Source: Kiritimatiellia bacterium
Lineage (GTDB): Bacteria > Verrucomicrobiota > Kiritimatiellia > RFP12 > UBA1067
Direction: 5' to 3'
Length of the DNA stretch: 64,000 bases
NCBI GenBank assembly: GCA_050949565.1
Contig: JBMNFY010000002.1
Span: forward strand, 33,367 to 97,366
Shown one piece after another: positions 9,501 to 21,216 of the stretch (within the stretch, counting starts at the first letter, position 1; each line of letters opens with the position of its first letter). The notes beneath the pieces were generated by a model. That model was not told where the DNA came from and did not search any database. It saw nothing but the letters and a program-made list of their open reading frames with translations. The translations under genes and the position numbers were made by a program.

Positions 9501-12000
9501 CGATGGTGACGGCGTCGGTGGTGATTCGAACACCGTGCGTATTGACATCGGCGATGCTGCCGCAACGGCATCCAACGCGCCGAAGGATGTCCGTACCTTC
9601 TACACGCGACTGCGCTCGTCGCCCGAGTTCCGTCTGCGCTTCGCCGACCGTGCGCAGAAACACCTTTTCCACGGCGGCTGCCTCACGCGCGAGAGCATGC
9701 AGGCGACTTACACGATGCTGCGTGACTTAATCAATCCGATCATGCGTGAGACCATAGGGTCTTACATGAATGAGTCGTTTTACAACGCTTGGATCGCCTC
9801 CGATACACGCCGCAACGTTTTCTTCGCCCAACTCGTGCGGTACGGACTTTGGCCCGCCACCCGTGCGCCGGAGTTCAGTCAGCACGGCGGCGAGGTCTCC
9901 ACCAACACCTGGGTCACGATCTCGAACCCCAACAGCGGTGGCACGGTGTATTGGACGACCAACGGTGTCGATCCCCGCGCCTTGGGTGGCGCAGCGGTCG
10001 GTATGCCTTACGTCGGCTCCATACAGTTCGCGGCCACCGCCATGCTCAAGGCGCGTGTGCTGAGCGCGGGCGGCGAGTGGAGTCCGCTGCAGGAGGCACT
10101 CTTCACCGTGCCGCTGCGCATGCCGTTTTTCCTGCCATCGGGCAATGCCGACTGGACGGTCGACGGCAACTGGAGCACATCCCCGCAGCCTTACCCTGAC
10201 GGCATCGGGGCCGAGGCCTTGATCCCGGCACCCTCGACCGCCAGTCGCGAAGCCAACCTGAGGTCACCGGTCACCATCGGTGGTCTGACTCTTGAACTGG
10301 GCGATTCGCCGTACCGTAACAAGATCAGCGATAGCGGCACCACCAACGTGCTGACCTTTATGACCACCAACGACGCTGCCCGCCTTACCGTCACCGGCAA
10401 TGGCGACGGATATGGCGAATTGGAGATTACCGCCGGTGTGGTGCTGAGCACCAACCTGACGGTCACGGTCGCCGCGCCGACCGGCAATGCTTCTTACGGC
10501 GCTCTGCGCTTAAAAGAGGCGTGGAGCGGGCCCGGCGGCGTAACGAAAGAGGGTGTCGGGCGGGCCGCTTTCACCGGCGAGGGCAAAACCTATACCGGCC
10601 CCACCGTGGTGAATCAAGGCGCGCTGCAAATCACCGCAAACGCCACGCCAACGCGGAGCGTGATGACGGTTAATCCCGGCGGTCAGCTTCGTCTTGTCTC
10701 GGCCAGTACCGGCGGCCAGCCGCGCACCTACAATTTCGGCGGCGACCTCACGCTCAACAGCCGCGGTCGCGACGACAGCCTGCCCGCTGTCGCTGGCCTC
10801 GGCATCGAGGGCGGTCTGAGGTTTGAGCCGGAGTCGAACGACAGCGCGGCACTGATCACTAACCGTCTCGTGTTTGCCGGTCCCTCGGTACTGCACGTCG
10901 AGAACGCCCGCAACACGCTGCACCTCACCGGCACCCTGCTCGGTGCGCACAGCTTCGTCAAGACCGGTGGCGGCAACCTGATCCTCTACGCCAACAACCA
11001 CGACTACTATCAGCCCGCATGCGTCAGCAACGGGACGCTGACCGTGCATGGGCGGCTCATCTCGCCGTTGGAGATCGTCGCGGGCGCGACCCTCACGGGC
11101 GTGGGCCGCGTGGGGCCAGTGCGTGGCACCGGAACCGTCGCGCTGGACAAAACCATCTTGACCGCGCCCGCCGCGATCGGCCTCAATTACGCATTTGTGT
11201 TCAGCGCCGCTACGCCCACGTACTGTCAGGCGACAACCAGCGGCAACGCCGTGCTGCGGCTGCTCTCGATCCGTCCGGGCGGCGCACCGCCGGTTATCGA
11301 CATCTATCTCGACATGCCGCCGCTCGCGGTCGGCGATACTTTGCGCGGCGGCTTCTTCGTCGAGTGCGGTCAAGACCTGAGCAGTTTCTTGGCCAATGCG
11401 ACCGTGCGCTTCTTCGAGCCCAACGACGGTGGCGACATTCAGTTTGCGGGCCGCTTTTACGCGCCGTACAGCGGTGCGCTGGGCCTGACCGTTACCGCCA
11501 TGCCCGAGGCAGCCGACTTTGGTGACGGTCCGCGCCAGGGGTTGGTCATGGAAGTGCGCGCTGACGGTCTGCCGGTGACCTATGGGGAGTGGTTGCTGCG
11601 GACCTTCCCCGCGCCCGCTGGCGACCCCGATGCTCAGGCGCTTACAGCCCCTTCGGCGGTTGCGGTGCCCGGCGCGGCGCCTAACCTTTGGTGCTACGCC
11701 TTTAACATTGTTGCTGGTGAGCCTGCCGCCCCAAGCCTGCCGCGATTCTCCCTGCAGGACGGGCGTCCGCTCTATCAGTTCCGCTTCGATCCCGGCAAAC
11801 GCGACCTCCGGTATCTTGTTGAAACATCAGCCTCGTTGACCGGCGCATGGACGCGCGTACTCTTCGACTCCGCCAGCGATTCCCCGTTGACTTGGCAATG
11901 GGATGGCACCTCGCTCTATCTGCTCGACACCGCCAGCGGCCCAAGCGTGGAGCCCACGCGCTTCTACCGGCTGCGCCTTGAGTTGACCGAACCATACTGA
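6503..12000 (+). CDS. Giant secreted CotH-kinase-family protein with lamin-tail domains, CHB_HEX_C/Fn3-like domains and passenger-type beta repeats; split by two frameshifts (~8654, ~8827)
   Basis: VVINEISAAN and SDWIELYN (lamin tail); IRYTTDGRVP; CotH motifs LRLSG, LRAGKND, YINGVWKGYYNLCE, DWPNNNW, WDAE; TKEGVG..YTGPTVVNQGALQI repeats. ORFs 6389-8659, 8682- and 8809-12000 join by removing single bases. Start approximate. Confidence 0.85.
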
Positions 12001-12073
12001 CCCGACCATAAATAGCATTGCACTTCTTGGTAACGCAGAGACGCAGAGATTTTTACGGCGTAGCGGCATGACC

Positions 12074-12250
12074 GCAAGTCTGGCGAGAAAACTTGTGCGG
12101 CGGCAAGCGGTATTCCGCGCGACGCCGCTTTTAAAGTACGAGTGTGGTGGCAAAACGACGTGCAAAAGCGGTGCCGCGACCCGCGCACAGCGCGGCTCTT
12201 GTCTCCAAATTTTGCACACTTACTTGAGCGTTGAAAGTTGAGCGTTTTCT
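12074..12250. repeat. REP-like palindromic family B, composite copy with heptamer tail
   Basis: GGCAAGCGGTATTCCGCGCGACGCCGCTTTTAAAG(T/C)ACGA and CCGCGCACAGCGCGGCT are shared with 42497-42567; CTTGTCTCCAAATT is shared with 5046-5059; TTGAGCG/TTGAAAG heptamers follow. Confidence 0.75.
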
Positions 12251-12355
12251 GAAACCGCCAAGGTGCCCCCGTTTTTCATGAAGTTTCATGTGTTTCATGG
12301 TTCCACTTGAACGCTGTGGTCGCTGTCCAGAGTTGCAGCATAATTTGTGGCCGGG

Positions 12356-12898
12356 TTAGCAATCAGGGCTGCTGGTCAGATCGTACCAGTTCGGGTCGCG
12401 CGCTGGACCGCGCAGCCGACGCAACCAATTGCGGGCGGGAGCCGCTCCGTCTTGTGCGTCCCCGTCTTCGAAGGGATTGTCCGTGTCGAAGACTTCGCTG
12501 AACTCCTCGTCGATCCGCTCGGGGTCTTCGCCGGCCTCGATCCGCGCCATGGCTTCGCGGACCTCCGCGTTGAAGCGCAGTCCGCCCGCCTCCGCCAGTT
12601 CACGCATGACGCGCACGGCGTCGCGCGGGTCGGCGTCGTCGTTCTCCAGAGCTTGCAGACGATCTCCCAGACGCGCGGCCGCCTGTTCCAGCCGGTCAGC
12701 CATCACGTCGTCGGTGTTTGCGTTGTCAGGGTTGGCGGCTTCTGACGCGCCGCGTGTGATGTGGGCGAATGTCGAGATCTCGCGCTTGAGGCGATGCCCG
12801 CACTTCGGGCAAGTCGGCACGGTCGAGGTGTCGACCCGTGCCGCGCGGAACGTGAAGATCGTGTGGCAGGGTTCACAGTAAAATTCATACAAGGGCAT
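12356..12898 (-). CDS. FmdB-family zinc-ribbon regulatory protein
   Basis: MPLYEFYCEPC...CPKCG zinc ribbon; C-terminal MARIEAGEDPERIDEE. Confidence 0.9.
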   Translation of the reverse strand: MPLYEFYCEPCHTIFTFRAARVDTSTVPTCPKCGHRLKREISTFAHITRGASEAANPDNANTDDVMADRLEQAAARLGDRLQALENDDADPRDAVRVMRELAEAGGLRFNAEVREAMARIEAGEDPERIDEEFSEVFDTDNPFEDGDAQDGAAPARNWLRRLRGPARDPNWYDLTSSPDC

Positions 12899-12915
12899 AA
12901 CGTCTTTTTCCTCTT

Positions 12916-15592
12916 TCAGGCACTCTTCCCGCTGAGCACCTCGCGCACTTTGGTATTGAGTTGATCGCGGGTGAATGGCTTTTGCAGGAAAGGTGCGTCT
13001 GCGGGCAGGACACCCTGTTGCGCAGTGATGTTTGCGGCATAGCCGGACATGAAGATGCGCTTCATGGTTGGGCGTTCACGGAGCAACGTCTCGCATAGGA
13101 CCGCGCCGTTCATGGTCGGCATCACCAGATCGGTCAGCAGTAGCGCGATCTCCCCCTTGAAATCACGGGCCAGCCGCAGCGCTTCGGTCGGGTGCTCGGC
13201 GGCGAGGACCGTGTATCCCATGCTGGTGAGGAGTCGCGCGGTCAGATTTAACAGGGTCGGCTCGTCTTCTGCAAGCAAGATCGTAGCTCCCTCCTGCTTG
13301 GCAGCGGGTATCGCAACGGTGGGTGGCTTTCGCTGTCGGGCGTGACCGTCGGCGCCAATTGGCCGTGCCGGGGCAGATAGATGGAAAAGCAGGTGCCTTG
13401 ATTGGGCTGGCTGGTGACCCGGATGAAACCGCAGTTTTGTTTGACGATGCCATAAATGATCGCCACGCCCATGCCCATGTCCGGGGCGCTTGACTTGGTT
13501 GAAAAGAAGGGATCAAAAATCTTAGCTTGGGTTTCGTCATCCATACCGCAACCGGTGTCGCGGAACGAGAGGCATACGTAGTCGCCGGGGGGGACGATGT
13601 CGGCGGTCTCGTCGGCCGTACCATCGAGGTGCATGTTTTCGAGCGTCACGGTGACGGTTCCCTCGCCGGATATGGCATCACGTGCGTTTTCAACCAGATT
13701 AACCAAGACTTGGGTCATCTGACCGGGATCCATCATGACCGGCCACGGCGGTGTGTCCATCTGAATCCTCAAGTGGATGCGCGACCCCAACATCTGGTTC
13801 ATGGTTTCGGTGAGTCTGTTGATGGTTTCATCGAGTTGGATGGCACGCGGCAGCGAGATCTGCCTGGCGGCGAACCCCAACAGGCGGTTGACGAGGTCGG
13901 CGGCACGGTGGCTGGCCTGTAGGATTGCTTCAATCGATTTTTGGTGATCTTCGGTGGTTTTCACGGAATCTTGCAACCACTCCGCATTGCCGATGATGAC
14001 AGTAAGCGCATTGTTGAAATCGTGGGCCACACCGCCCGCCATTCTGCCAAGGGCCTCAAGTCGTTGGGTCTGGTGAGCCTGCGCCATGAGTTCGGTTTCC
14101 CGTTCGGCTGCCAGTCGGCGTGCGGTGATGTCATGAATCACGCCCTCCAGCCGATGCGTCTTGTCCGCGCTATCGCTTATCGCCGAGCCGCTCTCCCACA
14201 CCCATTTCACGCTACCGTCCACAGTGACGATTCGGTATTCTACAGCGTATGGTGTGTTGTGCTTGACTTGTGCGCTGATATGGCGTCCCACACCTTTTGG
14301 CGGTCGTCGGGATGGATCACGTCATAGTAGGAGAGCTTGCTGTTATCGAGCAGAGCTTCCGCGTCGTATCCAGTGAGCGCCCGGCAGTTCGCGGAGAGAT
14401 ACTGCATGGTTCGATATGAATCCGTGCCGCAACGGAAAACGATACCCGGCACATGCGAGATCAAGGCTTTGAGGCGGCTTTCGCTGTCGGCCAGTACTTT
14501 CTGCGCGGCGCGTTCGCTGGCTAGGTATTTGGCATTGGCGACGGCCTGCTCCCGCTGCGCGTGGTATAGCGAACGATAGAGCGAGGCTTGGCGGTGGCGG
14601 AAACACAGGGCGGTAATGGCCGCCGTCAGCAGGATCCCCAGCAGGATTATGCTAGCAAAGATCAACGCATGTTCGCGAACGGCACCCAGCAGCTCTGCCT
14701 CATCGCCTTTGGTAACCAAGAACCAATCGGAATCGGGGATGGGACGCAGGTCGGCCACGACCTGAACTCCCCGACAGTCAGTTCCCGTGTAGATGCCTTG
14801 GCGTCCCAAGATCGCCCGCATGGTCGGCAGTTGGCGTTCCGGCAACGGACGTTTCAGCGACATGGCTTGGTTATCCTGATGGCGCAGGCAACTTAAGTGA
14901 GCCATCTGGTCACCGTCGCGGCGGACGAGCACGGATTCGACACTCGCACTTGAGCCGGGATACGCCTGGAGGAGCGGATAGAGGCGTTTTGACGCATTGC
15001 ATTGCAGAACCAAGGCGCACGCTTCTTGCTCCGCGTTCGAGACGGCCATCACGGCGTCGATGTACGCCAAACCGAGTGCGTTCGTGTAAAAGTCCGAAAG
15101 AACCGGTTGGCGCGAAGCGAGAGCTTCGGCGACGGCACGCGTTGTCTCGGCGGGCAGGTGTTGCAGCGGATCGAGCGCGGCTCCCAAGACTTTTCCATTC
15201 GAGGTCACCAGCAGCACATCTTCATAGATGCCGCCTTTGCGGTTGACCGAAAGCATCAAGTGTAGATCCGCAGAATTCTTCCCCTCGATCGCCCGGATCA
15301 GCGTCGGGCCGCGCGCGAAACGGGCGACATCGGTCAGGCGTTCACGTCGCCACGCCGCGATCTCCGCCGTCTTCAAGGCACCGGCAGAAGTCAGCTCCTT
15401 GGCCCGGCACTTCAGCATCTGCGCGCGGTCGGCCTGGTAGGCCAATAGACCAAGTGCTGCCATGGCACTTGTGGCCAGAACGAATCCCGCGGCCCAAACG
15501 AGCAAACGCCTACGCGAAACGGCCGATACCTCTTCCATAAAAGACCTCGCTTCCCACACCCCATCGGTCCCGACACACTCAACGTGCCGCAC
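12916..15592 (-). CDS. Membrane hybrid sensor histidine kinase (sensor-PAS-HisKA-HATPase-REC), split by two frameshifts (~14280, ~13330)
   Basis: Two TM helices, PAS (IHPDDRQKVW..EYRIVTVDGSVKWVWE), H-box GGVAHDFNN, NLVENARDA, DTGCGMD, FDPFFSTK, receiver LAEDE...LLTDLVMP...FLQKPF across three ORFs. Start approximate. Confidence 0.9.
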
Positions 15593-15969
15593 TGCGACGG
15601 AAAACCACGTGTAGCATAAACATACCAGCAGGAAGCATCAACAGGAATGTTCGTGCGCTAATGAAATAATGAATAATCGTGGGTAAGTAGAAGAATCAGA
15701 GGTTGGCGAGGATGATAAAAACGGCCATTCTCAAGCCCCCGCGAAGCACAATGTCAGTTTCATGCGTATCGTGGCGCGACACCACATCAAAACCGGTTGC
15801 GGTCATGGCCTGAAAAGGGTATGATCCGAGGCAGATCGTTCGCGGTGAACGTTCAGCCTGAGCAATGAACGCATGAGATAGAAAAGACCCCTCGACACGC
15901 TGATTTTTGCGCTTTCGCACGGAGCGGGATTCGCGCCTTTTCCGTGCAAGAGGGGGAGGGGTTCTGTCA

Positions 15970-16113
15970 ATGAAAGGTTTTGCCACATTCCGATGCGCCG
16001 CCGTTTTTCTGGCGGCCGCCGCTGCCGCCCTCCTGGTGTCCGGCGCGGACATCGTCAGCACGGCGGTCCCGCCGCCCGTCTCCGCCGACACCGAGAGATG
16101 CGTCCACAGATAG
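15970..16113 (+). CDS. Short signal-peptide-like ORF, in frame with the 1293-aa gene and separated from it by one TAG
   Basis: MKGFATFRCAAVFLAAAAAALLVSGA...HR-TAG-GGG GAT GCC GTG; 16123-15970 = 153 nt (same frame); purine-rich RBS-like GAGGGGG upstream of 15970. Confidence 0.5.
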   Translation: MKGFATFRCAAVFLAAAAAALLVSGADIVSTAVPPPVSADTERCVHR

Positions 16114-16122
16114 GGGGATGCC

Positions 16123-19100
16123 GTGGACGCCATCAATTTTCTCTCTCTCCTGAACGAAGAGGCGCTGCTCCGCGCGCGGCATCTCCTCGTCTGCGCGTGC
16201 TGCCTGTTCCTGGCCGCGGCCGCGCTCCTGCCCGCCGCGTGCGGCGCGCTCCGGTATCTCCTCGCGGAGGCCCGGCGCTTCCGCGACTGGGTCAGGCGCA
16301 CCCCCCTGCTCGTCGTCCTGGCCGTGCTCCTTGCGTTCGCGGAGGCTGTCCGCTACGGAGGCTCGAAGGCCGAGCCGCCTTCGCCGCCCGCCCAGGGCCA
16401 GTCGTCCTCGTCATCCACGCAAGGCCAGCCGCCCGCGTCATCCGCCCAGGGCCAAGCGTCCGCGCCGTCCGCCCGGGGCCAGTTGCCCCCGTCGGCCACC
16501 CAGGGCGTGCCGCCCGCCTGCCTCATGCCGCCCCCGGCGGACGGCTTCATCCCGCCGCCGCGCTACACGAACCGCCTGACGCAGGCGCAGTACGACGCGT
16601 GCTTCGCGCTCACGCACGCCGCGACCAACGCCGCCCACGACTTCGCGCCGCCCGCCGGCGCGGCCGTCACCGATTACGTCTCGGGGCACGGCGTCCACGA
16701 CGACGCCTGGTGGGTGCCCCTGCCGTCCGGCTTCAACGCGGGCGGCCTCGAGGATTACTCCCGCTTCGTCACCGCCGTGTGCGCCGCGCCGTCGGGCATG
16801 CTCCTGCTGGACGGCCTGCCCGACCGGCTCGCGCCCGCCGCGCCCGCCTTCCCCGATCCCGCCTCCAACCGCGTCCTCTCGGTGCTGCAGACCCCCTCGG
16901 GCCTCCTGCCGCCGGAGGGGCGGCTCTGGTCCGCGGCCGGGACCGGCGGCCTTCACACCGTCACCTGGAACAGCCTGATGCTCGGGCGGCGCGAGGAGGC
17001 CAGGGCCGACCTCCAGTGCCGCCTCCACCCGGACGGCGATTTCGAATACTTCATCCGCCCCCGGCCCGGCGCGGACCTCTCCGCCGTCACCAACTGGCTC
17101 ATCGGCGCGGCGGACGCGGGCGGCGGCGAGGCCTTCGCCTTCGCGGACGGTGCGCCGCTCTCCGCCGCCCTCCCGCCCGGCGGCGCGGCGCTCGCCCTGC
17201 GCTGGACCGCCTTCGGACGCCTCGACCCCGCCGCCCCCGACACCGACGGCGACGGCCTCACCGACTGGGAGGAGCTGATGGTATACCGCACCGACCCGCG
17301 CCAGCGGGACACGGACCGCGACGGCCTCAGCGACGGCGACGAGGTCCTCAAATACGGCACCGATCCCCTCACCCCCGACAGCCTGGGGGACGGCACCAAC
17401 GACTTCTGGCGGGTCGTCGGCGCGGTCCAGCTCGCCTCCGCGCCGCCCCCGTGGATGGAGGGCGGCGCGGGGCTGGCCCTGCTGACGCTGGAGACCCGGC
17501 TGGAGGCCTCCGCGGGCGTGGCGGCGCTGCGCATCGGCGAGGTCATCGTGCCCGTCGCGCCGGGCACGGCGCAGCTTTCGCGCGTCGCCATCCCCCGGGG
17601 CGTGGACGTCCCGTTCGCGCTGGTCCCCGGCCCCGGGACCTCCGCCGCCGACGCCGCGGTCACGGTGGCCGCGGCCTCCTCCCTCACCGTCGCCGAAGAC
17701 GCGGACAACGTCTTCCGGGTACCCGCCCCGGCGGGCGCCCCCGCGCCCGCGGCCGCGCCCCCGGCGCCCGCGCCCGCCTCCCCCCCGCCGGGCAACGCCA
17801 AGCACGGCACCATGCACAACTTCAATTACGCGTTCTCTCCCGTGCCGCTCTGCCCGCACACCGGGCGGGACACGGTGAACGTGGGGATCGTCGGCGCCCG
17901 GCCGAAGAGCGTCGCGGCCTTCGGCTTCGGCACCGCCCCCGACCTCTCCCCGGCGTTCAGCGTGAGCGAGACGTACCTCAGGGGCAAGTTCCCCCATCTG
18001 GCGGAGACGCCCGGCATGCACACGGTGCAGGTCCCCGTCAAGCTGGGGGTCGTCCTGACAAACAACACCGCGAAAGCGTTCGGCGGGAACACCGACACGG
18101 TGCCCGCCCACCTCTGCGTGTTCGCGGGCGGGGAAGAAGGCGATCCCTTCAACGATCCCCCTCCCGGCAAGTGCCCGTGCTGCCCGGAGCCGAACAACTG
18201 CCTGTGCCGCTGCGCATCGCCGGGCGTCTGCGCGTGCCCGACGTGCCTCGACCCCTACCACACGGGCACCCCGACCAACAGCGCGGGACAGGCCGCCGGC
18301 ACGGTCGACCGCCCCCGCCGGCTCCTGCTGGCGGGCGGCGCGCCCGACACGGTCACGGCCGCGCCCGCGCCGGGGGCGGGCCTCTCGCCGCTGGACGGCG
18401 CCTGCATGCTCTGCGGCTGCACGCAGACCGTCGCCGGCGGCAGCTCCCCCGTGCCCGCCGTGATCTTCCGCTGCACCCCGAGCCTCTCCGCCGCGCCGCT
18501 CGAAGGCTTCGCCGCGACCTCGGGCGTCTTCACCGTGGCCGGCGCGGCCCCGAGCGCCTCGGCCGGGGCGGACGTCTTCACCTGGCAGGCGGGGCGCTTC
18601 TTCAGCCGCGGCCGCTACACGGTCGCCGGGCTGGGCGTGTGCCTCTCCAACGCCCCGGCGGACGCCCCGCCCCGCGTGCAGGCCGGCCACACCAACATCC
18701 TGTCCGTCACGACCCGCGTCCCCGCCGACGGCGGCGGCACGCTCACGTTCAGCGGGCACACGGAGGCCGCCTCGGCCAGAGTCAAAAACCGCCAGACCGG
18801 GCAGTACGAGCCGCTGCAGGACTCCTACGCGGCGTCCGAGTGGCTGGCCAAATACACCGCCGGGACCAACCGCACCGCCGAGGTGCGCTACGCCGCCGCC
18901 CTGACGGGGCAGCGCCTCTTCACGGTCGCCTACGGACTGCCCGGCGCCCTCCCCGGCAGCGTCTCGACCAACCTCGCGTTCGAGGCGGTCGGCACCCGCG
19001 CCGAAACGGTCAACGCCGCGACCGACGCCGACGGGCACGTGTACAACACCAGCGGCATGCCGCTGGGCGGCACCGCCCGCTTCAAGGTCGAGGTGGCCGG

Positions 19101-20004
19101 CGGCACCGTGCCCGACGCCGACATCACCTGGACGATCAAGGAGGGCGCGGGGCGCGTCGCCTTCGCCGGCGGCAGCACCGGCCCCGAGGTCGCCGTGACC
19201 GCGACATCAACCGGTGCCTTCCGGCTGGAGGTGGACATCAAGGGCCTCGTCATCACGCCGCCCCACGTCCGGCCCTACTTCACCGGCACCGTCCTTCCCG
19301 CCGTCAACGTGCCCGTCACCGTCTGGATCGTGAGAGGATCAACGGGAGCCAACCCTGCCCGCGACGCCGACGAGATACCCGGTCTTCTGGCGGACGCCAA
19401 CAAGATCCTGTGGCAGAACGGGCTGACGCTGGTCCAGAGCGGGGCAGTGCATTACGCCGACAATACCGCATGGTTGAACCCGAGCAACACCACGCCGGCG
19501 GCCGTTTATGAATTCGACGCGCTCATGGATAGCTCGTCGGGCACCGGCGGCGTGGAACTGTATTTCGTACAGACGATCACGGGGGGAAACAGGAATCTTA
19601 ATGGCATCAAACGAGACAAGGGCATTGCCATAGCCGCGATCGGCGATGCGAGCACGATCGCGCACGAGGTGTTGCACGCCTGCGGCCTCGTCGACATCTA
19701 TCCCCAGATAACGGTTCTTCCGCAGGAGGATAAGGTCTCCATCCCGGACGTGTGCGCGCCGGAGATGCTGCCGTCCGACTGGTGCGGCGGTTATTACGAG
19801 CCGGGGCTGATGCAGAAGTTCGTGGTCGCCCGCCTGATCATGAGTCCGACGGGTTATGGGAACGTGCCGCTGCCCCGGGCCGATATCCCGTCAGGGAGTG
19901 TGTGGGGATATCGCAATTTCAGTACGACGGGCGATCCGGCCGATGAGTTGGAGTTGAGGAACGTCGGCCTGTCCGGCTGTCATCAGAATCCGGTCAGCGA
20001 ATGA
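16123..20004 (+). CDS. Giant membrane-anchored surface protein with TSP3-like Ca-binding repeats, Cys-rich cluster and C-terminal zincin metallopeptidase
   Basis: N-terminal hydrophobic segments ending in YGGSK; five ~9-aa S/P-x-x-QGQ repeats; [12 protein letters not shown] and [12 protein letters not shown]; [21 protein letters not shown]; [16 protein letters not shown] (HExxHxxG). Confidence 0.85.
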   Translation: MDAINFLSLLNEEALLRARHLLVCACCLFLAAAALLPAACGALRYLLAEARRFRDWVRRTPLLVVLAVLLAFAEAVRYGGSKAEPPSPPAQGQSSSSSTQGQPPASSAQGQASAPSARGQLPPSATQGVPPACLMPPPADGFIPPPRYTNRLTQAQYDACFALTHAATNAAHDFAPPAGAAVTDYVSGHGVHDDAWWVPLPSGFNAGGLEDYSRFVTAVCAAPSGMLLLDGLPDRLAPAAPAFPDPASNRVLSVLQTPSGLLPPEGRLWSAAGTGGLHTVTWNSLMLGRREEARADLQCRLHPDGDFEYFIRPRPGADLSAVTNWLIGAADAGGGEAFAFADGAPLSAALPPGGAALALRWTAFGRLDPAAPDTDGDGLTDWEELMVYRTDPRQRDTDRDGLSDGDEVLKYGTDPLTPDSLGDGTNDFWRVVGAVQLASAPPPWMEGGAGLALLTLETRLEASAGVAALRIGEVIVPVAPGTAQLSRVAIPRGVDVPFALVPGPGTSAADAAVTVAAASSLTVAEDADNVFRVPAPAGAPAPAAAPPAPAPASPPPGNAKHGTMHNFNYAFSPVPLCPHTGRDTVNVGIVGARPKSVAAFGFGTAPDLSPAFSVSETYLRGKFPHLAETPGMHTVQVPVKLGVVLTNNTAKAFGGNTDTVPAHLCVFAGGEEGDPFNDPPPGKCPCCPEPNNCLCRCASPGVCACPTCLDPYHTGTPTNSAGQAAGTVDRPRRLLLAGGAPDTVTAAPAPGAGLSPLDGACMLCGCTQTVAGGSSPVPAVIFRCTPSLSAAPLEGFAATSGVFTVAGAAPSASAGADVFTWQAGRFFSRGRYTVAGLGVCLSNAPADAPPRVQAGHTNILSVTTRVPADGGGTLTFSGHTEAASARVKNRQTGQYEPLQDSYAASEWLAKYTAGTNRTAEVRYAAALTGQRLFTVAYGLPGALPGSVSTNLAFEAVGTRAETVNAATDADGHVYNTSGMPLGGTARFKVEVAGGTVPDADITWTIKEGAGRVAFAGGSTGPEVAVTATSTGAFRLEVDIKGLVITPPHVRPYFTGTVLPAVNVPVTVWIVRGSTGANPARDADEIPGLLADANKILWQNGLTLVQSGAVHYADNTAWLNPSNTTPAAVYEFDALMDSSSGTGGVELYFVQTITGGNRNLNGIKRDKGIAIAAIGDASTIAHEVLHACGLVDIYPQITVLPQEDKVSIPDVCAPEMLPSDWCGGYYEPGLMQKFVVARLIMSPTGYGNVPLPRADIPSGSVWGYRNFSTTGDPADELELRNVGLSGCHQNPVSE

Positions 20005-20014
20005 GGAGGAGAAC

Positions 20015-21087
20015 ATGAGAAAGGTACTGTTGTTTTATGTCGTGACCATCGCGTTGATGTCTGCGGCCCAAAATCCGGGCGCAAGACCCTTCGACGACGA
20101 GGCCATACGCGACATGCTTGAAGGTTTCGCGATCATGGAGGCGGACAATGAGGGCGATCCCCACCAGCAGAATCTGCCGACCGTGGCGGACTGCTATCGG
20201 ATGATGGAGAAGCGGTGCGAGGAAGCAGGCGTTGACAAGCGGCGTATCCTCGACGTAGCCAAGGAGGAGATCGACAGGTGTGCCGCCTACGTGAAAAGCA
20301 CCGGGCGGACGTCCATTGCCATCAATGCGGTGAGGTTGCTGGACCTCGTGGCGCATTCTGGTGACCGTTCGCTCCTGCCCTATCTGGAGGAAAAGAGCCT
20401 TGATCCTGAAACCCTCAAGTTCATCCGTTCTGCCGCTGCGGAGGTCTATGTCAATATCGCGGATGTGGAGGAGAGCGTGAATCTATTGCGAAAGCTGTAT
20501 GATGACCGTTCTTTCCGGGAGTCGCGATACTACTACGTGAGCGGCCTTTTTCTGCAAAAGGTGAAGTCGGAGGAGAAATCTTTGACAGACGAGGTGAAAA
20601 GAGACATCTGCACTCATTTGCTTGCGATTGTTCAGAGTGCGGATAGTCCGGGGGATGCGCTTGACGCTGAGTTCTTTTTGCGCGACTTTCTCCCGGGATA
20701 CACCAACAGCAAGCAACGGGCAACGCTGGTCCGGTACGCCAACATCCGGGGGATGCGCTTGACGCTGAGTTCTTTTTGCGCGACTTTCTCCCGGGATACA
20801 CCAACAGCAAGCAACGGGCAACGCTGGTCCGGTACGCCAACACCGGTAATGAATACATGACAAACAACTTCAACCCCATCAAAGCGCACTTCGATGCAAT
20901 CCCCCAAAAACAGCGCATCGATCTGCGCAAGCGTTTTCCCGACCTGCCGCCATTGCCGGATGACGCGCCCGCTAGAAGCCCCGTGAAGGTCGCGTTAGCC
21001 ATCATCGCGGGGGGTGTCGCGCTCGCGGTGTGCGCCGTGGCGGCGTGGCTCGCCGTTCGGCGGAGAAGGGTGCGTGAAACGACATGA
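20015..21087 (+). pseudogene. Exported helical protein with C-terminal TM anchor (putative immunity/inhibitor partner), disrupted by a 98-bp duplication
   Basis: GAGGAG RBS 10 nt after the upstream stop; signal-like MRKVLLFYVVTIALMSAA; removing one duplicate copy gives a 324-aa ORF ending ...VALAIIAGGVALAVCAVAAWLAVRRRRVRETT. Confidence 0.75.
20647..20842 (+). repeat. Exact 98-bp tandem duplication
   Basis: 20647-20744 equals 20745-20842 (TCCGGGGGATGCGCTTGAC...GGTACGCCAACA). Confidence 0.95.
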
Positions 21088-21216
21088 CAGCATGGATAAC
21101 GCAAAGCCACGAGGGGTTTGCACGGAGCAAGGGCGGCGACATCTCGGCCAAGAACAGCCAGATGCCCTGCATCACCCACAACCGGGCTAAAGGGAATCGA
21201 TAGTATCAGGATGTCG

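Noticed and set aside
15660-15960. Possible riboswitch or ncRNA upstream of the giant protein (hairpin GCACGGA...TCCGTGC)
   Set aside because: A single hairpin with no recognisable family consensus; cannot be supported without an Rfam search.
15993-19511. Long alternative ORFs 15993-19511 (+) and 16438-19038 (-)
   Set aside because: Arg/Pro/Gly-rich shadow frames produced by the extreme GC3 of the real 16123-20004 gene.
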